Shown piece after piece: positions 19,353-28,092 of a stretch of 32,000 nt of DNA (positions are counted from its first letter, which is position 1; the number at the start of each line of letters is the position of its first letter). The notes under the pieces are model-generated. The model did not search any database. It was not told the DNA's origin and saw only the letters and a program-made list of their open reading frames with translations. This DNA is from Mycoplasma sp. P36-A1 (GTDB lineage: Bacteria; Bacillota_I; Bacilli_A; JAJDGJ01): NCBI RefSeq assembly GCF_049478495.1, contig NZ_CP168083.1, positions 892,450 through 924,449 of the forward strand, read 5' to 3'. A program made the position numbers and the translations under genes.

Positions 19353-19378
19353 AAACGATTTTAAATCGTTTTTTTTAT
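19353..19378 (+). terminator. Rho-independent terminator
   Basis: AAACGAT / ATCGTTT stem followed by a run of 7 or more T. Confidence 0.75.
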
Positions 19379-19458
19379 TTGCTAACGCATAAATGTTAGT
19401 ACATAATTATACACTTATTTAAATCAGTTTTATGTTACATTATAAAAGGTGATAAATA

Positions 19459-21231
19459 ATGACAAATCATATAAAAACATTTTTAACAACCTTACCACAT
19501 AAACCGGGTTGTTATTTAATGAAAAATAAACAAGGAAACATTATATATGTTGGAAAAGCTAAAGATTTAAAGAAAAGAGTAACATCATACTTTAATAAAG
19601 TACATAATGGAAAAACTCAATTACTTGTATCTGAAATTAATGATATTGAAGTAATACTTACATCTACTGAAAAAGAATCTTTAATACTAGAGATTAATTT
19701 AATAAAAAAGCATCGACCAAAATACAATATAATGTTTATGGATGATAAGTTTTATCCATATATTCAACTTACAAAAGAAAAACATCCAAAACTTAAAGTA
19801 GTTAGAAATACTAAATATAAAAATGCTACTTATTTTGGACCATTTCCTAATAGTGGAGCTGCCTGGGACACATTGCAATTAATAAATAAAATCTATCCAT
19901 TAAGAAAATGTAATGTATTACCCAAAAAAGAATGCTTATATTATCATATGCATCAGTGTTTAGCTCCATGTATTAAAGAAGTGACAAAAGAAGAATATGA
20001 TCCAATAATTAAAAAGATAAAATCTTTTTTAAATGGTAATACTAAAGAAATAATCCAAAATTTAGAAGAAAAAATGATAATTGAAAGTGATAAAATGAAT
20101 TTTGAAATGGCTTTAGAATATAAAAAACTAATAGATTCTATCAATATCACAACTAATAAACAAAGTGTTTTTAAATCTGATATGAAAGATAGAGATTATA
20201 TAGGAATATCTTTCAATCAAGATTATATTTCCATACAAATAATGATAATGCGTAATGGAATATTAATAGAAAGACAGGGTGATATTTTTCCATTGATTGA
20301 TGAAGTGAAAAACACAGTTGACTCATATATACTTCAATATTATGAATTAAATATTAAGCCTTCAGATATTTATATCTCTCAGCAATATTATTCAGATAAT
20401 TTAAATGAATTACTTGATGAAAAGCTAATTATCCCTCAAAAGGGAGATCACAAGAAGATGTTATTATTAGCTGATGAAAATGCTAAGAAATTATTAGAAC
20501 AAAAATATGAGATGGTTATTAATGATAATACTAAAGTAGAGTTTGCTTTAAAAGAGTTAACACAGATATTAAAATTAGAAACGGTAGTACATAGAATTGA
20601 AGCTTTTGATAATTCTACATTACAAGGTGAAAATTCAATTGGATCAATGGTCGTTTATGAAGATGGTCAACCTATAAAAAGTGAATACCGACAGTTTAAA
20701 ATCAAGGAGACTCAAATAGTTGATGATTATGCATTTATGAGAGAAGTTATTTATAGAAGATATTATAGAGTATTAATGGATGATTTAAAAAAACCTGACT
20801 TAATTATTGTGGATGGTGGTATTGGTCAAGTTAATATTGCTAGAAACATAATAGATGAGTTAGATTTGAAGATTAAAGTAATAGGTCTTGTTAAAGATGA
20901 TAAGCATAGAACATCACATATTTTAGATGATAATTTAAAAGAATATTATCTTGATAAGACATCTGAATTATTTTTCTTATTAACAAGAATACAAGATGAA
21001 GTTCATCGATATGCAATAGGTTTTCATCGAAAACTTAGATCTAAATCAATGTTTAGCACTGTGCTTGATGACATTCAAGGATTAGGTCCAGTTAGAAAGA
21101 AAAATTTACTAAAACACTTTAAAAGTTATAAAAAATTAAAAGATGCTAATTTAGAAGAGCTATTAAATATTGTCCCAAAAGAACAAGCAGAGCTATTATA
21201 TGAAAAGCTTCAAAATGATAAACAAATATAG
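19459..21231 (+). CDS. uvrC: Excinuclease ABC subunit C
   Basis: 590 aa. N-terminal GIY-YIG (PGCYLMKNKQGNIIYVGKAKDLKKRV), UVR domain, RNase H-like endonuclease domain and C-terminal HhH. Confidence 0.96.
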   Translation: MTNHIKTFLTTLPHKPGCYLMKNKQGNIIYVGKAKDLKKRVTSYFNKVHNGKTQLLVSEINDIEVILTSTEKESLILEINLIKKHRPKYNIMFMDDKFYPYIQLTKEKHPKLKVVRNTKYKNATYFGPFPNSGAAWDTLQLINKIYPLRKCNVLPKKECLYYHMHQCLAPCIKEVTKEEYDPIIKKIKSFLNGNTKEIIQNLEEKMIIESDKMNFEMALEYKKLIDSINITTNKQSVFKSDMKDRDYIGISFNQDYISIQIMIMRNGILIERQGDIFPLIDEVKNTVDSYILQYYELNIKPSDIYISQQYYSDNLNELLDEKLIIPQKGDHKKMLLLADENAKKLLEQKYEMVINDNTKVEFALKELTQILKLETVVHRIEAFDNSTLQGENSIGSMVVYEDGQPIKSEYRQFKIKETQIVDDYAFMREVIYRRYYRVLMDDLKKPDLIIVDGGIGQVNIARNIIDELDLKIKVIGLVKDDKHRTSHILDDNLKEYYLDKTSELFFLLTRIQDEVHRYAIGFHRKLRSKSMFSTVLDDIQGLGPVRKKNLLKHFKSYKKLKDANLEELLNIVPKEQAELLYEKLQNDKQI

Positions 21232-21265
21232 ACAATTAAATAGTTTTTAATAGTGTTATGAATGT

Positions 21266-21294
21266 TTGACATAAACTCTGAAATATGATAATAT
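21266..21294 (+). promoter_or_regulatory. Sigma-A promoter of the rplU-prp-rpmA operon
   Basis: TTGACA (21266-21271), 17-nt spacer, TG-a-TAATAT extended -10 (21286-21294). Confidence 0.65.
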
Positions 21295-21295
21295 T

Positions 21296-21387
21296 ACTAT
21301 GTTGTAGGCCTCGAATCTACAACCGCTCTAATATGGTATTAAGCGGATTTCCCACCATAAAAGGCGAGTCTAAGAAAATAATAGGAG
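21296..21387 (+). promoter_or_regulatory. Structured 5' leader of the L21 operon (probable L21-leader type autoregulatory RNA)
   Basis: GC-enriched relative to other spacers. Helices GTTGTAG/CTACAAC (21301-07/21317-23), CCGCT/AGCGG (21323-27/21342-46) and TATGGT/ACCATA (21332-37/21354-59); the last two interleave as a pseudoknot. A ribosomal L21 leader is known upstream of rplU in Firmicutes. Confidence 0.5.
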
Positions 21388-21396
21388 GTGTATTTA

Positions 21397-21705
21397 ATGT
21401 ACGCAATTATCGAAACAGGTGGAAAGCAAATAAAAGTAATGGAAAACGATACAATTTTCGTTGAAAAACTTGATATTGCTGAAGGTGAAAGTGTTACTTT
21501 TGACAAAGTTCTTTTAGTAGGTGGAGATAGCACTAAAGTTGGTGCTCCATATGTAAAAGGTGCAACAGTAACTGGTAAAGTTGAAAAACAAGGTAAAGCT
21601 AAAAAAATCATTGTTTTCAAATATAAACCAAAGAAAAGCTCAAAAACTAAACAAGGTCATCGTCAACCATATACAAAAATTACAATTAGCTCAATCAACG
21701 CTTAA
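21397..21705 (+). CDS. rplU: 50S ribosomal protein L21
   Basis: [11 protein letters not shown]... start with AGGAGG SD. 102 aa. Confidence 0.97.
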   Translation: MYAIIETGGKQIKVMENDTIFVEKLDIAEGESVTFDKVLLVGGDSTKVGAPYVKGATVTGKVEKQGKAKKIIVFKYKPKKSSKTKQGHRQPYTKITISSINA

Positions 21706-21707
21706 TT

Positions 21708-22013
21708 ATGACTAGCGTAAAAGTAGTTAGAAGTAATGACTTTGTTAATAGAATACAAATAAGTAATCACGCTAATGCAGCTGATTATGGAGAAGATGTT
21801 GTTTGTGCAGGAATATCTGCAGTAATTTTTGGAGGACTTAATGCATTAGTCATGTCAGGTTTAGATCAGACAAGAGTTGAAATTAAGGATGCCTTTGTCA
21901 ACGTGGATTTGACTCAAAATGAAAAGCTACAAATAATAGCTCAAACAATTATAATTCAATTAGAAACGATTCAGGAATCTTATCCTGACTATATAGACAT
22001 TCAAAATAATTAG
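21708..22013 (+). CDS. prp: Ribosomal-processing cysteine protease Prp (YsxB family)
   Basis: 101 aa between rplU and rpmA, with the DVVCAGISAV catalytic-Cys context and the conserved His (SNHANA). Confidence 0.9.
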   Translation: MTSVKVVRSNDFVNRIQISNHANAADYGEDVVCAGISAVIFGGLNALVMSGLDQTRVEIKDAFVNVDLTQNEKLQIIAQTIIIQLETIQESYPDYIDIQNN

Positions 22014-22026
22014 GAGGTGTACTTAA

Positions 22027-22314
22027 ATGTTAAAATTTACATTAGACATTCAGTTCTTTGCATCTAAAAAAGGAGTTGGGTCAACGAAAAATGGTCGTGA
22101 CTCTCATTCTAAAAGACTAGGATCAAAAAAAGCTGATGGACAATTCGCTACTGCAGGTTCAATTTTATACCGTCAACGTGGAACTAAAATTTATCCTGGA
22201 ACAAACGTAATGAAAGGTGGAGATGATACTCTTTTCACTACGGTTGATGGAATTGTTAAATTCGAAAGAATGGGTAGAGATAAGAAAAAGGTATCTTGCT
22301 ATCCAGCTGAATAA
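22027..22314 (+). CDS. rpmA: 50S ribosomal protein L27 (with N-terminal propeptide)
   Basis: [26 protein letters not shown]: a Firmicutes-type extension before the mature ASKK N-terminus. Confidence 0.97.
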   Translation: MLKFTLDIQFFASKKGVGSTKNGRDSHSKRLGSKKADGQFATAGSILYRQRGTKIYPGTNVMKGGDDTLFTTVDGIVKFERMGRDKKKVSCYPAE

Positions 22315-22322
22315 TACCAACT

Positions 22323-22353
22323 AAAGCATCCACGTGGATGCTTTTATTTTTTT
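22323..22353 (+). terminator. Rho-independent terminator/attenuator between rpmA and obg
   Basis: Perfect palindromic stem AAAGCATCCAC/GTGGATGCTTT followed by TTATTTTTTT. The obg SD follows immediately. Confidence 0.75.
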
Positions 22354-22366
22354 AAGGAGAGTAGAT

Positions 22367-23629
22367 ATGTTCATAGATAAAGTTAAGCTTGAACTTTTTG
22401 CCGGAGATGGTGGAAATGGGATAGTAGCATTCAGAAGAGAAAAATATGTACCAATGGGTGGACCAGCAGGTGGTGATGGTGGTTCAGGTGCAGATATTGT
22501 TTTTGTTGGTGATAGAAACTTATCAACACTTTTAGACTTAAGATATAATAGAATTATAAAAGCTGAAAAAGGCGAAAATGGTATGTCTAAAAGAAAACAT
22601 GGAAAAGGATCAAAACCAAGATATATTAAAGTTCCAGTGGGAACTATTATAAAAGATTTTAATAATGAATTGATAGCTGATATTACCAAAGATGGTCAAG
22701 AAGCAATAATAGCAAAAGGTGGTCGTGGTGGCCGTGGAAATGTTAGATTTTCTTCAAATGCTAATCCCGCACCTGATATTGCAGAAAATGGTGAACCAGG
22801 AGAAGCAATTGAAGTTATAGTAGAATTAAAATTACTTGCAGATGCTGGCTTAGTAGGAATGCCAAGTGTAGGTAAGTCTACATTACTTTCTGTAGTAACT
22901 GCAGCAAAACCAGAAATTGCCGATTATCATTTTACAACTATTGTACCTAATTTAGGTGTTGTTCAAGCAGATGATGGTTCATCATTTGTAATGGCAGATT
23001 TACCTGGATTAATAGAAGGTGCAAGTCAAGGTAAAGGTTTAGGACATCAATTTTTACGTCATATTGAAAGATGTAGAGTTATTGTACACATAATTGATAT
23101 GGCAGCAGTGGAAGGTAGAGACCCTATAGAAGATTTTGAAAAAATTAATAGAGAGTTAGAAGAATACAATCCATCATTGATGAAAAGACCAATGATAGTT
23201 GTTGCTAACAAAGCTGACATGGCTGGATTTGAAGAAAATTATAATAAATTTTATGATAAATATCGTGATCAGTATGAAATATTTAAAGTCTCAGCTATTA
23301 CAAAATCAGGATTATCAAGTGTACTTTATAGAATTAGTGAATTAGTAAGAGAAACTAATATTGTTTATGATACATTTGATACAGTTAAAGTGTATCGATT
23401 TGAAGATGAAGATTCATTTGATATAACTAAAGATGGGGATGTATTTGTATTAAGCGGTCCAAAAATAGAAAGACTATTTAAAATGACTAACTTTAATACA
23501 GAAGATGGAATCGCTAGATTTGCTAGAAAAATGCGCCATTTAGGAATTGATGATGCTTTAAGAAAAGCTGGAATTAAACATGGTGATTTAGTAAAAATAG
23601 AAGAATTCATGTTCGAATTTATTGACTAA
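22367..23629 (+). CDS. obg: GTPase Obg/CgtA
   Basis: [18 protein letters not shown] glycine-rich Obg fold, G1 [10 protein letters not shown]3 [13 protein letters not shown] and a C-terminal TGS/OCT domain. ATG at 22367 follows AAGGAGAG. Confidence 0.96.
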   Translation: MFIDKVKLELFAGDGGNGIVAFRREKYVPMGGPAGGDGGSGADIVFVGDRNLSTLLDLRYNRIIKAEKGENGMSKRKHGKGSKPRYIKVPVGTIIKDFNNELIADITKDGQEAIIAKGGRGGRGNVRFSSNANPAPDIAENGEPGEAIEVIVELKLLADAGLVGMPSVGKSTLLSVVTAAKPEIADYHFTTIVPNLGVVQADDGSSFVMADLPGLIEGASQGKGLGHQFLRHIERCRVIVHIIDMAAVEGRDPIEDFEKINRELEEYNPSLMKRPMIVVANKADMAGFEENYNKFYDKYRDQYEIFKVSAITKSGLSSVLYRISELVRETNIVYDTFDTVKVYRFEDEDSFDITKDGDVFVLSGPKIERLFKMTNFNTEDGIARFARKMRHLGIDDALRKAGIKHGDLVKIEEFMFEFID

Positions 23630-23642
23630 TAAAGGAGTAACA

Positions 23643-24392
23643 ATGATGGAAAACATACATGAATATATTGATTATTTAGTAGAGTGGATTAAGTCAGAAG
23701 TAACTGCTGCAAAATTAAAAGGAGCAATAGTTGGCGTTTCTGGTGGTATAGATTCAGCTGTTGTAGCAGCTTTGATAAAAAAAGCGTTTCCAAATGATTC
23801 AATGGGTTTAATAATACCAATTGAATCTTCAAAAAGTGATGTGAAGGATGCTTTAGAAGTCACAGAAAACATTAATCTAGAATATCAAATTGTTGATTTA
23901 AATGATACATATAAGGTAATTAGAGATACAATATCTAATGTCATTATTGAAACTAATGATTATGATATGGCCCTTGCAAATACTAAAGCAAGATTACGTA
24001 TGACTAGTATTTATGCAATTGCACAAAACTATGGTTATATGGTAATAGGGACAGATAATGCCTGTGAATGGTTTACAGGATACTTCACAAAGTATGGAGA
24101 TGGTGGCGTTGATTTAGCACCTTTAATTCAATTAAAAAAATCAGAGGTGTATGAGATTGCAAAAGAGTTAGGATTACCTAAAAGTGTCCAAACAAAAAAA
24201 CCATCAGCAGGATTAATAGATGGTGTAGATGATGAAGATGAATTAAAAGTTACTTATCAAGAGTTAGAAGCCTATATGGATGGAAAACCAGTAAGTGAAG
24301 TAGCTAAAAATAGAATAGAATATCTACACAAAGTATCAAGCCACAAAAGATCTGGAATTAGATTTCCCAAATTAAAGGCAAGTGATATGTAA
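23643..24392 (+). CDS. nadE: Ammonia-dependent NAD+ synthetase
   Basis: SGGIDSAVVAAL PP-loop and TDNACEWFTGYFTKYGDGG. ATG at 23643 follows AAAGGAG. Confidence 0.94.
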   Translation: MMENIHEYIDYLVEWIKSEVTAAKLKGAIVGVSGGIDSAVVAALIKKAFPNDSMGLIIPIESSKSDVKDALEVTENINLEYQIVDLNDTYKVIRDTISNVIIETNDYDMALANTKARLRMTSIYAIAQNYGYMVIGTDNACEWFTGYFTKYGDGGVDLAPLIQLKKSEVYEIAKELGLPKSVQTKKPSAGLIDGVDDEDELKVTYQELEAYMDGKPVSEVAKNRIEYLHKVSSHKRSGIRFPKLKASDM

Positions 24393-24952
24393 TGATTGGT
24401 TATTTAAAAGGCATAATAATCACAAGCGTAAAAGATTATGTTGTTCTTAATGTTAATAATGTAGGCTACTCTGTAATTACGCCATACCCATTTGAATTTA
24501 AGTTGAATCAAGAAATTGAACTTCATATTTATACTCATGTAAGAGAAGACCAAATAACTCTATTTGGGTTTAAAACAACAACTGAAAAAGATGTTTTTTT
24601 AAAACTAATTCAGGTAAAAGGCGTTGGTCCTAAGGTTGCAATAGGTATACTTTCAGCAGTAGACTATAATCAACTAATGGATGCAATTGCAAGTGAAAAC
24701 ATTACATTTCTAAAAAAAATGCCTGGAATTGGTCCAAAGAGTGCAAATCAAATTATTCTTGATCTTAAAGGTAAAATTTCTCAAGTTAATTTATTTTCTA
24801 ATGAAACAAATGATTTAGAAGATGCAATAGAAGCTTTAATTGCTTTAGGCTATAAAGAAGTAGAAGTAAATAAAATAGCTAAAATATTAAATAAAGAAAT
24901 ATTATCAACCGAAGAGTACATTAAAAAAGGATTGCAATTATTATTAAAGTAG
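24392..24952 (+). CDS. ruvA: Holliday junction branch migration complex subunit RuvA
   Basis: MIGYLKG start, OB domain, two HhH motifs (VKGVGPKVA, MPGIGPKSA) and the C-terminal domain III. Confidence 0.95.
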   Translation: MIGYLKGIIITSVKDYVVLNVNNVGYSVITPYPFEFKLNQEIELHIYTHVREDQITLFGFKTTTEKDVFLKLIQVKGVGPKVAIGILSAVDYNQLMDAIASENITFLKKMPGIGPKSANQIILDLKGKISQVNLFSNETNDLEDAIEALIALGYKEVEVNKIAKILNKEILSTEEYIKKGLQLLLK

Positions 24953-24961
24953 GTGTAATAA

Positions 24962-25963
24962 ATGAATGATATATTTAATAATGTAGAAAACAATGATGAA
25001 ATATCAGATGTTTTATTAAGACCGCAATTTTTAAAAGACTATATTGGCCAAGAACAGATTAAAGAAAATCTAAAGATATATATAGAAGCAGCCAAAAAAA
25101 GAGAAGAAGTTTTAGATCATGTGCTACTTTATGGGCCACCTGGTTTAGGTAAAACAACTCTTGCAACAATTATTTCAAATGAAATGCAAGGAGATATAAA
25201 ATATACTAGCGGTCCAGCACTTGAAAAAACAGGTGATTTAGCTGCTATGTTAACTGGGCTTCAACCAGGCGATGTCTTATTTATAGATGAAATACATAGA
25301 TTATCTAAAATAATAGAAGAAATACTTTACTCTGCAATGGAAGATTTCTATATAGATATAATAGTAGGTAAAGAAGAAACATCTAGATCAATAAGAGTAG
25401 AACTAGCACCTTTTACATTGGTAGGAGCTACAACAAGACTTGGAGATTTATCTAGTCCATTAAGAGATCGATTTGGAGTAGTAGAGAGATTAAATTACTA
25501 CTCTGATGAAGAGTTATCTAACATAATAATTAGAACTTGTAGAATTTTAGACATTGAAATAAAAAATACAGCAATATCAGATTTGGCAATAAGAGCAAGA
25601 AAAACACCAAGAATTGCCAATAGAATTCTTAAAAGAGTTAGAGATTTTGCACAAGTAAAAAATGATTCAATTATTGATGAAAAAATTGTACAAGAATCTT
25701 TAAAGGCATTAGGAATAGATGAACTAGGTCTTGATTATATTGATACCAAAATACTAAGTTGCATGGTTGAAGCTTTTGATGGTGGACCAGTTGGCTTAGA
25801 GTCATTAGCTGCAACTGTTGGTGAAGAGTCTTCTACAATAGAAGATGCACATGAACCATACTTGTTACAAAAGCAATTAATAAAACGAACGCAAAGAGGA
25901 AGAATGATTACAGATGAGGGTTATTTACATTATCAAAAGTTAATCAAAACGCGTGACATTTAA
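24962..25963 (+). CDS. ruvB: Holliday junction branch migration DNA helicase RuvB
   Basis: LRPQFLKDYIGQ, Walker A GPPGLGKTT, Walker B LFIDEIHR and the sensor/arginine finger region. Confidence 0.97.
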   Translation: MNDIFNNVENNDEISDVLLRPQFLKDYIGQEQIKENLKIYIEAAKKREEVLDHVLLYGPPGLGKTTLATIISNEMQGDIKYTSGPALEKTGDLAAMLTGLQPGDVLFIDEIHRLSKIIEEILYSAMEDFYIDIIVGKEETSRSIRVELAPFTLVGATTRLGDLSSPLRDRFGVVERLNYYSDEELSNIIIRTCRILDIEIKNTAISDLAIRARKTPRIANRILKRVRDFAQVKNDSIIDEKIVQESLKALGIDELGLDYIDTKILSCMVEAFDGGPVGLESLAATVGEESSTIEDAHEPYLLQKQLIKRTQRGRMITDEGYLHYQKLIKTRDI

Positions 25964-25980
25964 ATAAATTATGATATAAT
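25953..25980 (+). promoter_or_regulatory. Promoter overlapping the ruvB 3' end, driving the apbE leader
   Basis: GTGACA (25953-58), 16-nt spacer, TG-a-TATAAT extended -10 (25972-80). Confidence 0.55.
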
Positions 25981-25986
25981 AATAAT

Positions 25987-26136
25987 TGTTAAAGGGCATA
26001 AAAAATTCCTCAAATGAGATAATTGGGAATGTGTGTCAGACAGTCGAAGTTGAGTCAATCATGATTCAGGAAATTGTTTGCAGCATACCCACCTGAACAT
26101 ATTCGGGATTTATCTTTGCCCTTTAACATTTTTTTA
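25987..26136 (+). promoter_or_regulatory. Unclassified structured leader RNA (riboswitch-like) with a terminal helix followed by a U-tract, upstream of apbE
   Basis: 12-bp closing helix TGTTAAAGGGCA (25987-98) / TGCCCTTTAACA (26117-28) followed by T7 (26129-35). Inner helices 26003-09/26105-11 and 26062-70/26092-99. Alternative pairings exist for GGGAAT (26025-30). Clearly GC-enriched compared with other spacers. Confidence 0.55.
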
Positions 26137-26151
26137 TGAGGAGAGATTTTT

Positions 26152-27177
26152 ATGAAAAAAATAAAATATATAATTAGTGCACTTGTTATATTATTTATCA
26201 GTGGATGTTCAGCTCAGGAATCAAAATTCTCTGAGTCTTTTTTAGCATTTGATACATATATAAATGTAACAGTGTATTCAAGTAAAGAAGCTGATGCTAA
26301 TGTATATTTAGAAGAAGCAAAAGCATTGTATGAAAGTTACCACAAAAAATTTGATGCATATAATAATTACAATGGATTAAATAATATAAAAACTATTAAT
26401 GATCAAGCAGGAAAAGCACCTGTTGTAGTTGATCAAGATATTTTTGATTTAATAAAACAAGCCAAAGAATTATATGAACAAGGTAATACTAAAAATAATA
26501 TAGCACTTTATCCAGTTACCCAATTATATACCCAAAAATATAATGAGTATGAAGCTGGTAAAAAGAATATAAATAATCCAACTTCAAAGCAGTTAAAGAG
26601 TGCTAATAAATGTGTTAGTGTTGATAATATACAATTAGATAATGTTAAAAAAACAGTTTTTCTTAAAGAAAAGTGTAATAAAATAGATGTAGGAAGTACT
26701 GCAAAAGGTTATGTTACAGCCTTAGTTGCAAAAAAACTACAAGATGATGGTTTAAAAAGTGGTTTAATTAATGCAGGAGGAAATGTAGTTGCTATCAATA
26801 GCAAACCTGACAAAAGCAATTATGTAATAGGAATTGCAAATCCAGATAGTCCTTCTGAGTATAATGTTACATTATCAATAGCAAATAAAAATGTTGTAAC
26901 TAGTGGTGATTACCAAAGATATTATATGGTTGATGGTAAAAGAATGCACCATTTAATTGACCCAGACACTTTAAAACCAGGAAATTTACATCGCTCAGTA
27001 ACTGTAGTTTCAGATAATGGTTTATTAGCGGATTATTTTAGTACAGATGCATTTCTTCTACCAACAACTGAGATTGAAAAGCTATCTAAAAAATATAATT
27101 TTGAATATATAATTATAGATAAAGATGAAAAAGTAACTGTAAGTGATGGTATTAAAGATGCAGTTGAAATTAAATAA
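26152..27177 (+). CDS. apbE: FAD:protein FMN transferase (ApbE family) lipoprotein
   Basis: Lipoprotein signal peptide with lipobox ISGC (Cys19). ApbE motifs GSTAKGY, INAGGN, VVTSGDYQRY and HHLIDP. Confidence 0.92.
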   Translation: MKKIKYIISALVILFISGCSAQESKFSESFLAFDTYINVTVYSSKEADANVYLEEAKALYESYHKKFDAYNNYNGLNNIKTINDQAGKAPVVVDQDIFDLIKQAKELYEQGNTKNNIALYPVTQLYTQKYNEYEAGKKNINNPTSKQLKSANKCVSVDNIQLDNVKKTVFLKEKCNKIDVGSTAKGYVTALVAKKLQDDGLKSGLINAGGNVVAINSKPDKSNYVIGIANPDSPSEYNVTLSIANKNVVTSGDYQRYYMVDGKRMHHLIDPDTLKPGNLHRSVTVVSDNGLLADYFSTDAFLLPTTEIEKLSKKYNFEYIIIDKDEKVTVSDGIKDAVEIK

Positions 27178-27547
27178 GGCAGATTTATTCATTACAATAA
27201 TATTTATAATACTAAGTGCTATTTCAATATTATATGTAAATACAAAACAAACAAGTAATACAAATAAAATTGCAAAGGTATATTATAAAAATAATGTAGT
27301 ACATACTTTTGATTTAAGTGATCCATCAAAAAAAACATTTGATGTTGAAGCAGTTAATGGACTAATAACAATTGAAAGTGAAAATGGGAAAGTTAGAGTT
27401 GTTGAAGAAACTTCAAGAAACCATATATGCTCAATACAAGGTTGGAGCGATTCAGAAATAACACCAATAGTATGTCTTCCAAATGAGCTATATATAAAAA
27501 TAGAAGGGGATACTCAAGACCATGAAGTAGATGGTATTATATCATGA
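27158..27547 (+). CDS. NusG domain II-containing protein (DUF1312 family), N-terminal membrane anchor
   Basis: N-terminal TM helix, then a beta-rich domain with NHICSIQGW...IVCLPN, typical of DUF1312. The start is uncertain (in-frame ATGs at 27143, 27146 and 27158; TTG at 27164). It ends in an ATGA overlap with the next gene. Confidence 0.75.
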   Translation: MQLKLNKADLFITIIFIILSAISILYVNTKQTSNTNKIAKVYYKNNVVHTFDLSDPSKKTFDVEAVNGLITIESENGKVRVVEETSRNHICSIQGWSDSEITPIVCLPNELYIKIEGDTQDHEVDGIIS

Positions 27548-28062
27548 AATCAAATACACAAAAAATTGTAACATTAGGATTATTTTTAGCAATAGCAATT
27601 ATTTTAAATATTGTAGAAAACATCACAATAAACATTATTTTTATTCCAGGGATTAAACTAGGTTTAGCAAATATAAGTATGATATTTATTTTATATTTTT
27701 ATGGGTATAAAGAAATGTTTGCTACTAATGTGCTAAGAATAGTAGTTGCAAATCTAATTACAGGTCAACTATTTGGTATGCCTTTTGTTATATCAATGGC
27801 GTCTGGTTTATTTAGCATGTTAATAATATTACCAATATATAAAAGTAAAGTTTTTTCTATTTATGGAATATCTATGACCCAAGCAATTACATTTAACTTT
27901 GCCCAAATAACAACAGTCTCACTTTTGTACTCATCAACAGTATTTTTCTATTATTTACCATATTTGCTACTAACTGGAGTAGTTACAGGTTTTTTAGTAG
28001 CTTTTATAGCGGTAAAAATAATCTATTTAATGAGACATACTTTAAAACCAATAAATGAATAA
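27544..28062 (+). CDS. Gx transporter family protein (PF07456, heptaprenyl diphosphate synthase component I-like)
   Basis: 172 aa, about 5 TM. Has IPGIKLGLANISMIF and LRIVVANLITGQLFG, characteristic of this family, and the usual DUF1312 neighbour. Confidence 0.78.
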   Translation: MKSNTQKIVTLGLFLAIAIILNIVENITINIIFIPGIKLGLANISMIFILYFYGYKEMFATNVLRIVVANLITGQLFGMPFVISMASGLFSMLIILPIYKSKVFSIYGISMTQAITFNFAQITTVSLLYSSTVFFYYLPYLLLTGVVTGFLVAFIAVKIIYLMRHTLKPINE

Positions 28063-28092
28063 TATATAATAAAACAAAAGGAGGAATAATCA

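Noticed and set aside
19382-19399. CTAAC-n8-GTTAG inverted repeat upstream of uvrC, considered as a LexA (Cheo) box
   Set aside because: It does not match the Gram-positive LexA consensus GAAC-n4-GTTC in either half-site sequence or spacing.
1501-23872. Many - strand ORFs of 63-155 aa from the track that lie inside + strand genes (1501-1755, 6449-6829, 8216-8443, 9275-9490, 9427-9618, 10747-10974, 11347-11814, 11745-11957, 12657-12848, 13319-13624, 14343-14555, 14901-15098, 19953-20150, 21339-21620, 22321-22689, 23365-23610, 23672-23872)
   Set aside because: Each lies antisense to a confidently identified conserved gene. They have no SD and give low-complexity or hydrophobic nonsense translations. 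They are shadow ORFs of the kind common opposite real genes.
25987-26136. Tried to assign the apbE leader to the FMN (RFN) riboswitch, a T-box, or SRP/4.5S RNA
   Set aside because: It lacks the RFN core (AGGGCAGGGUGAAAUUCCC...GCCGACAGU...GGAUGGGAGA), the T-box sequence and specifier features, and the SRP domain IV GNRA-capped helix with GGAAGCAGC. Only trivial short matches were seen (GACAGT, AAATTCC, GCAGC).
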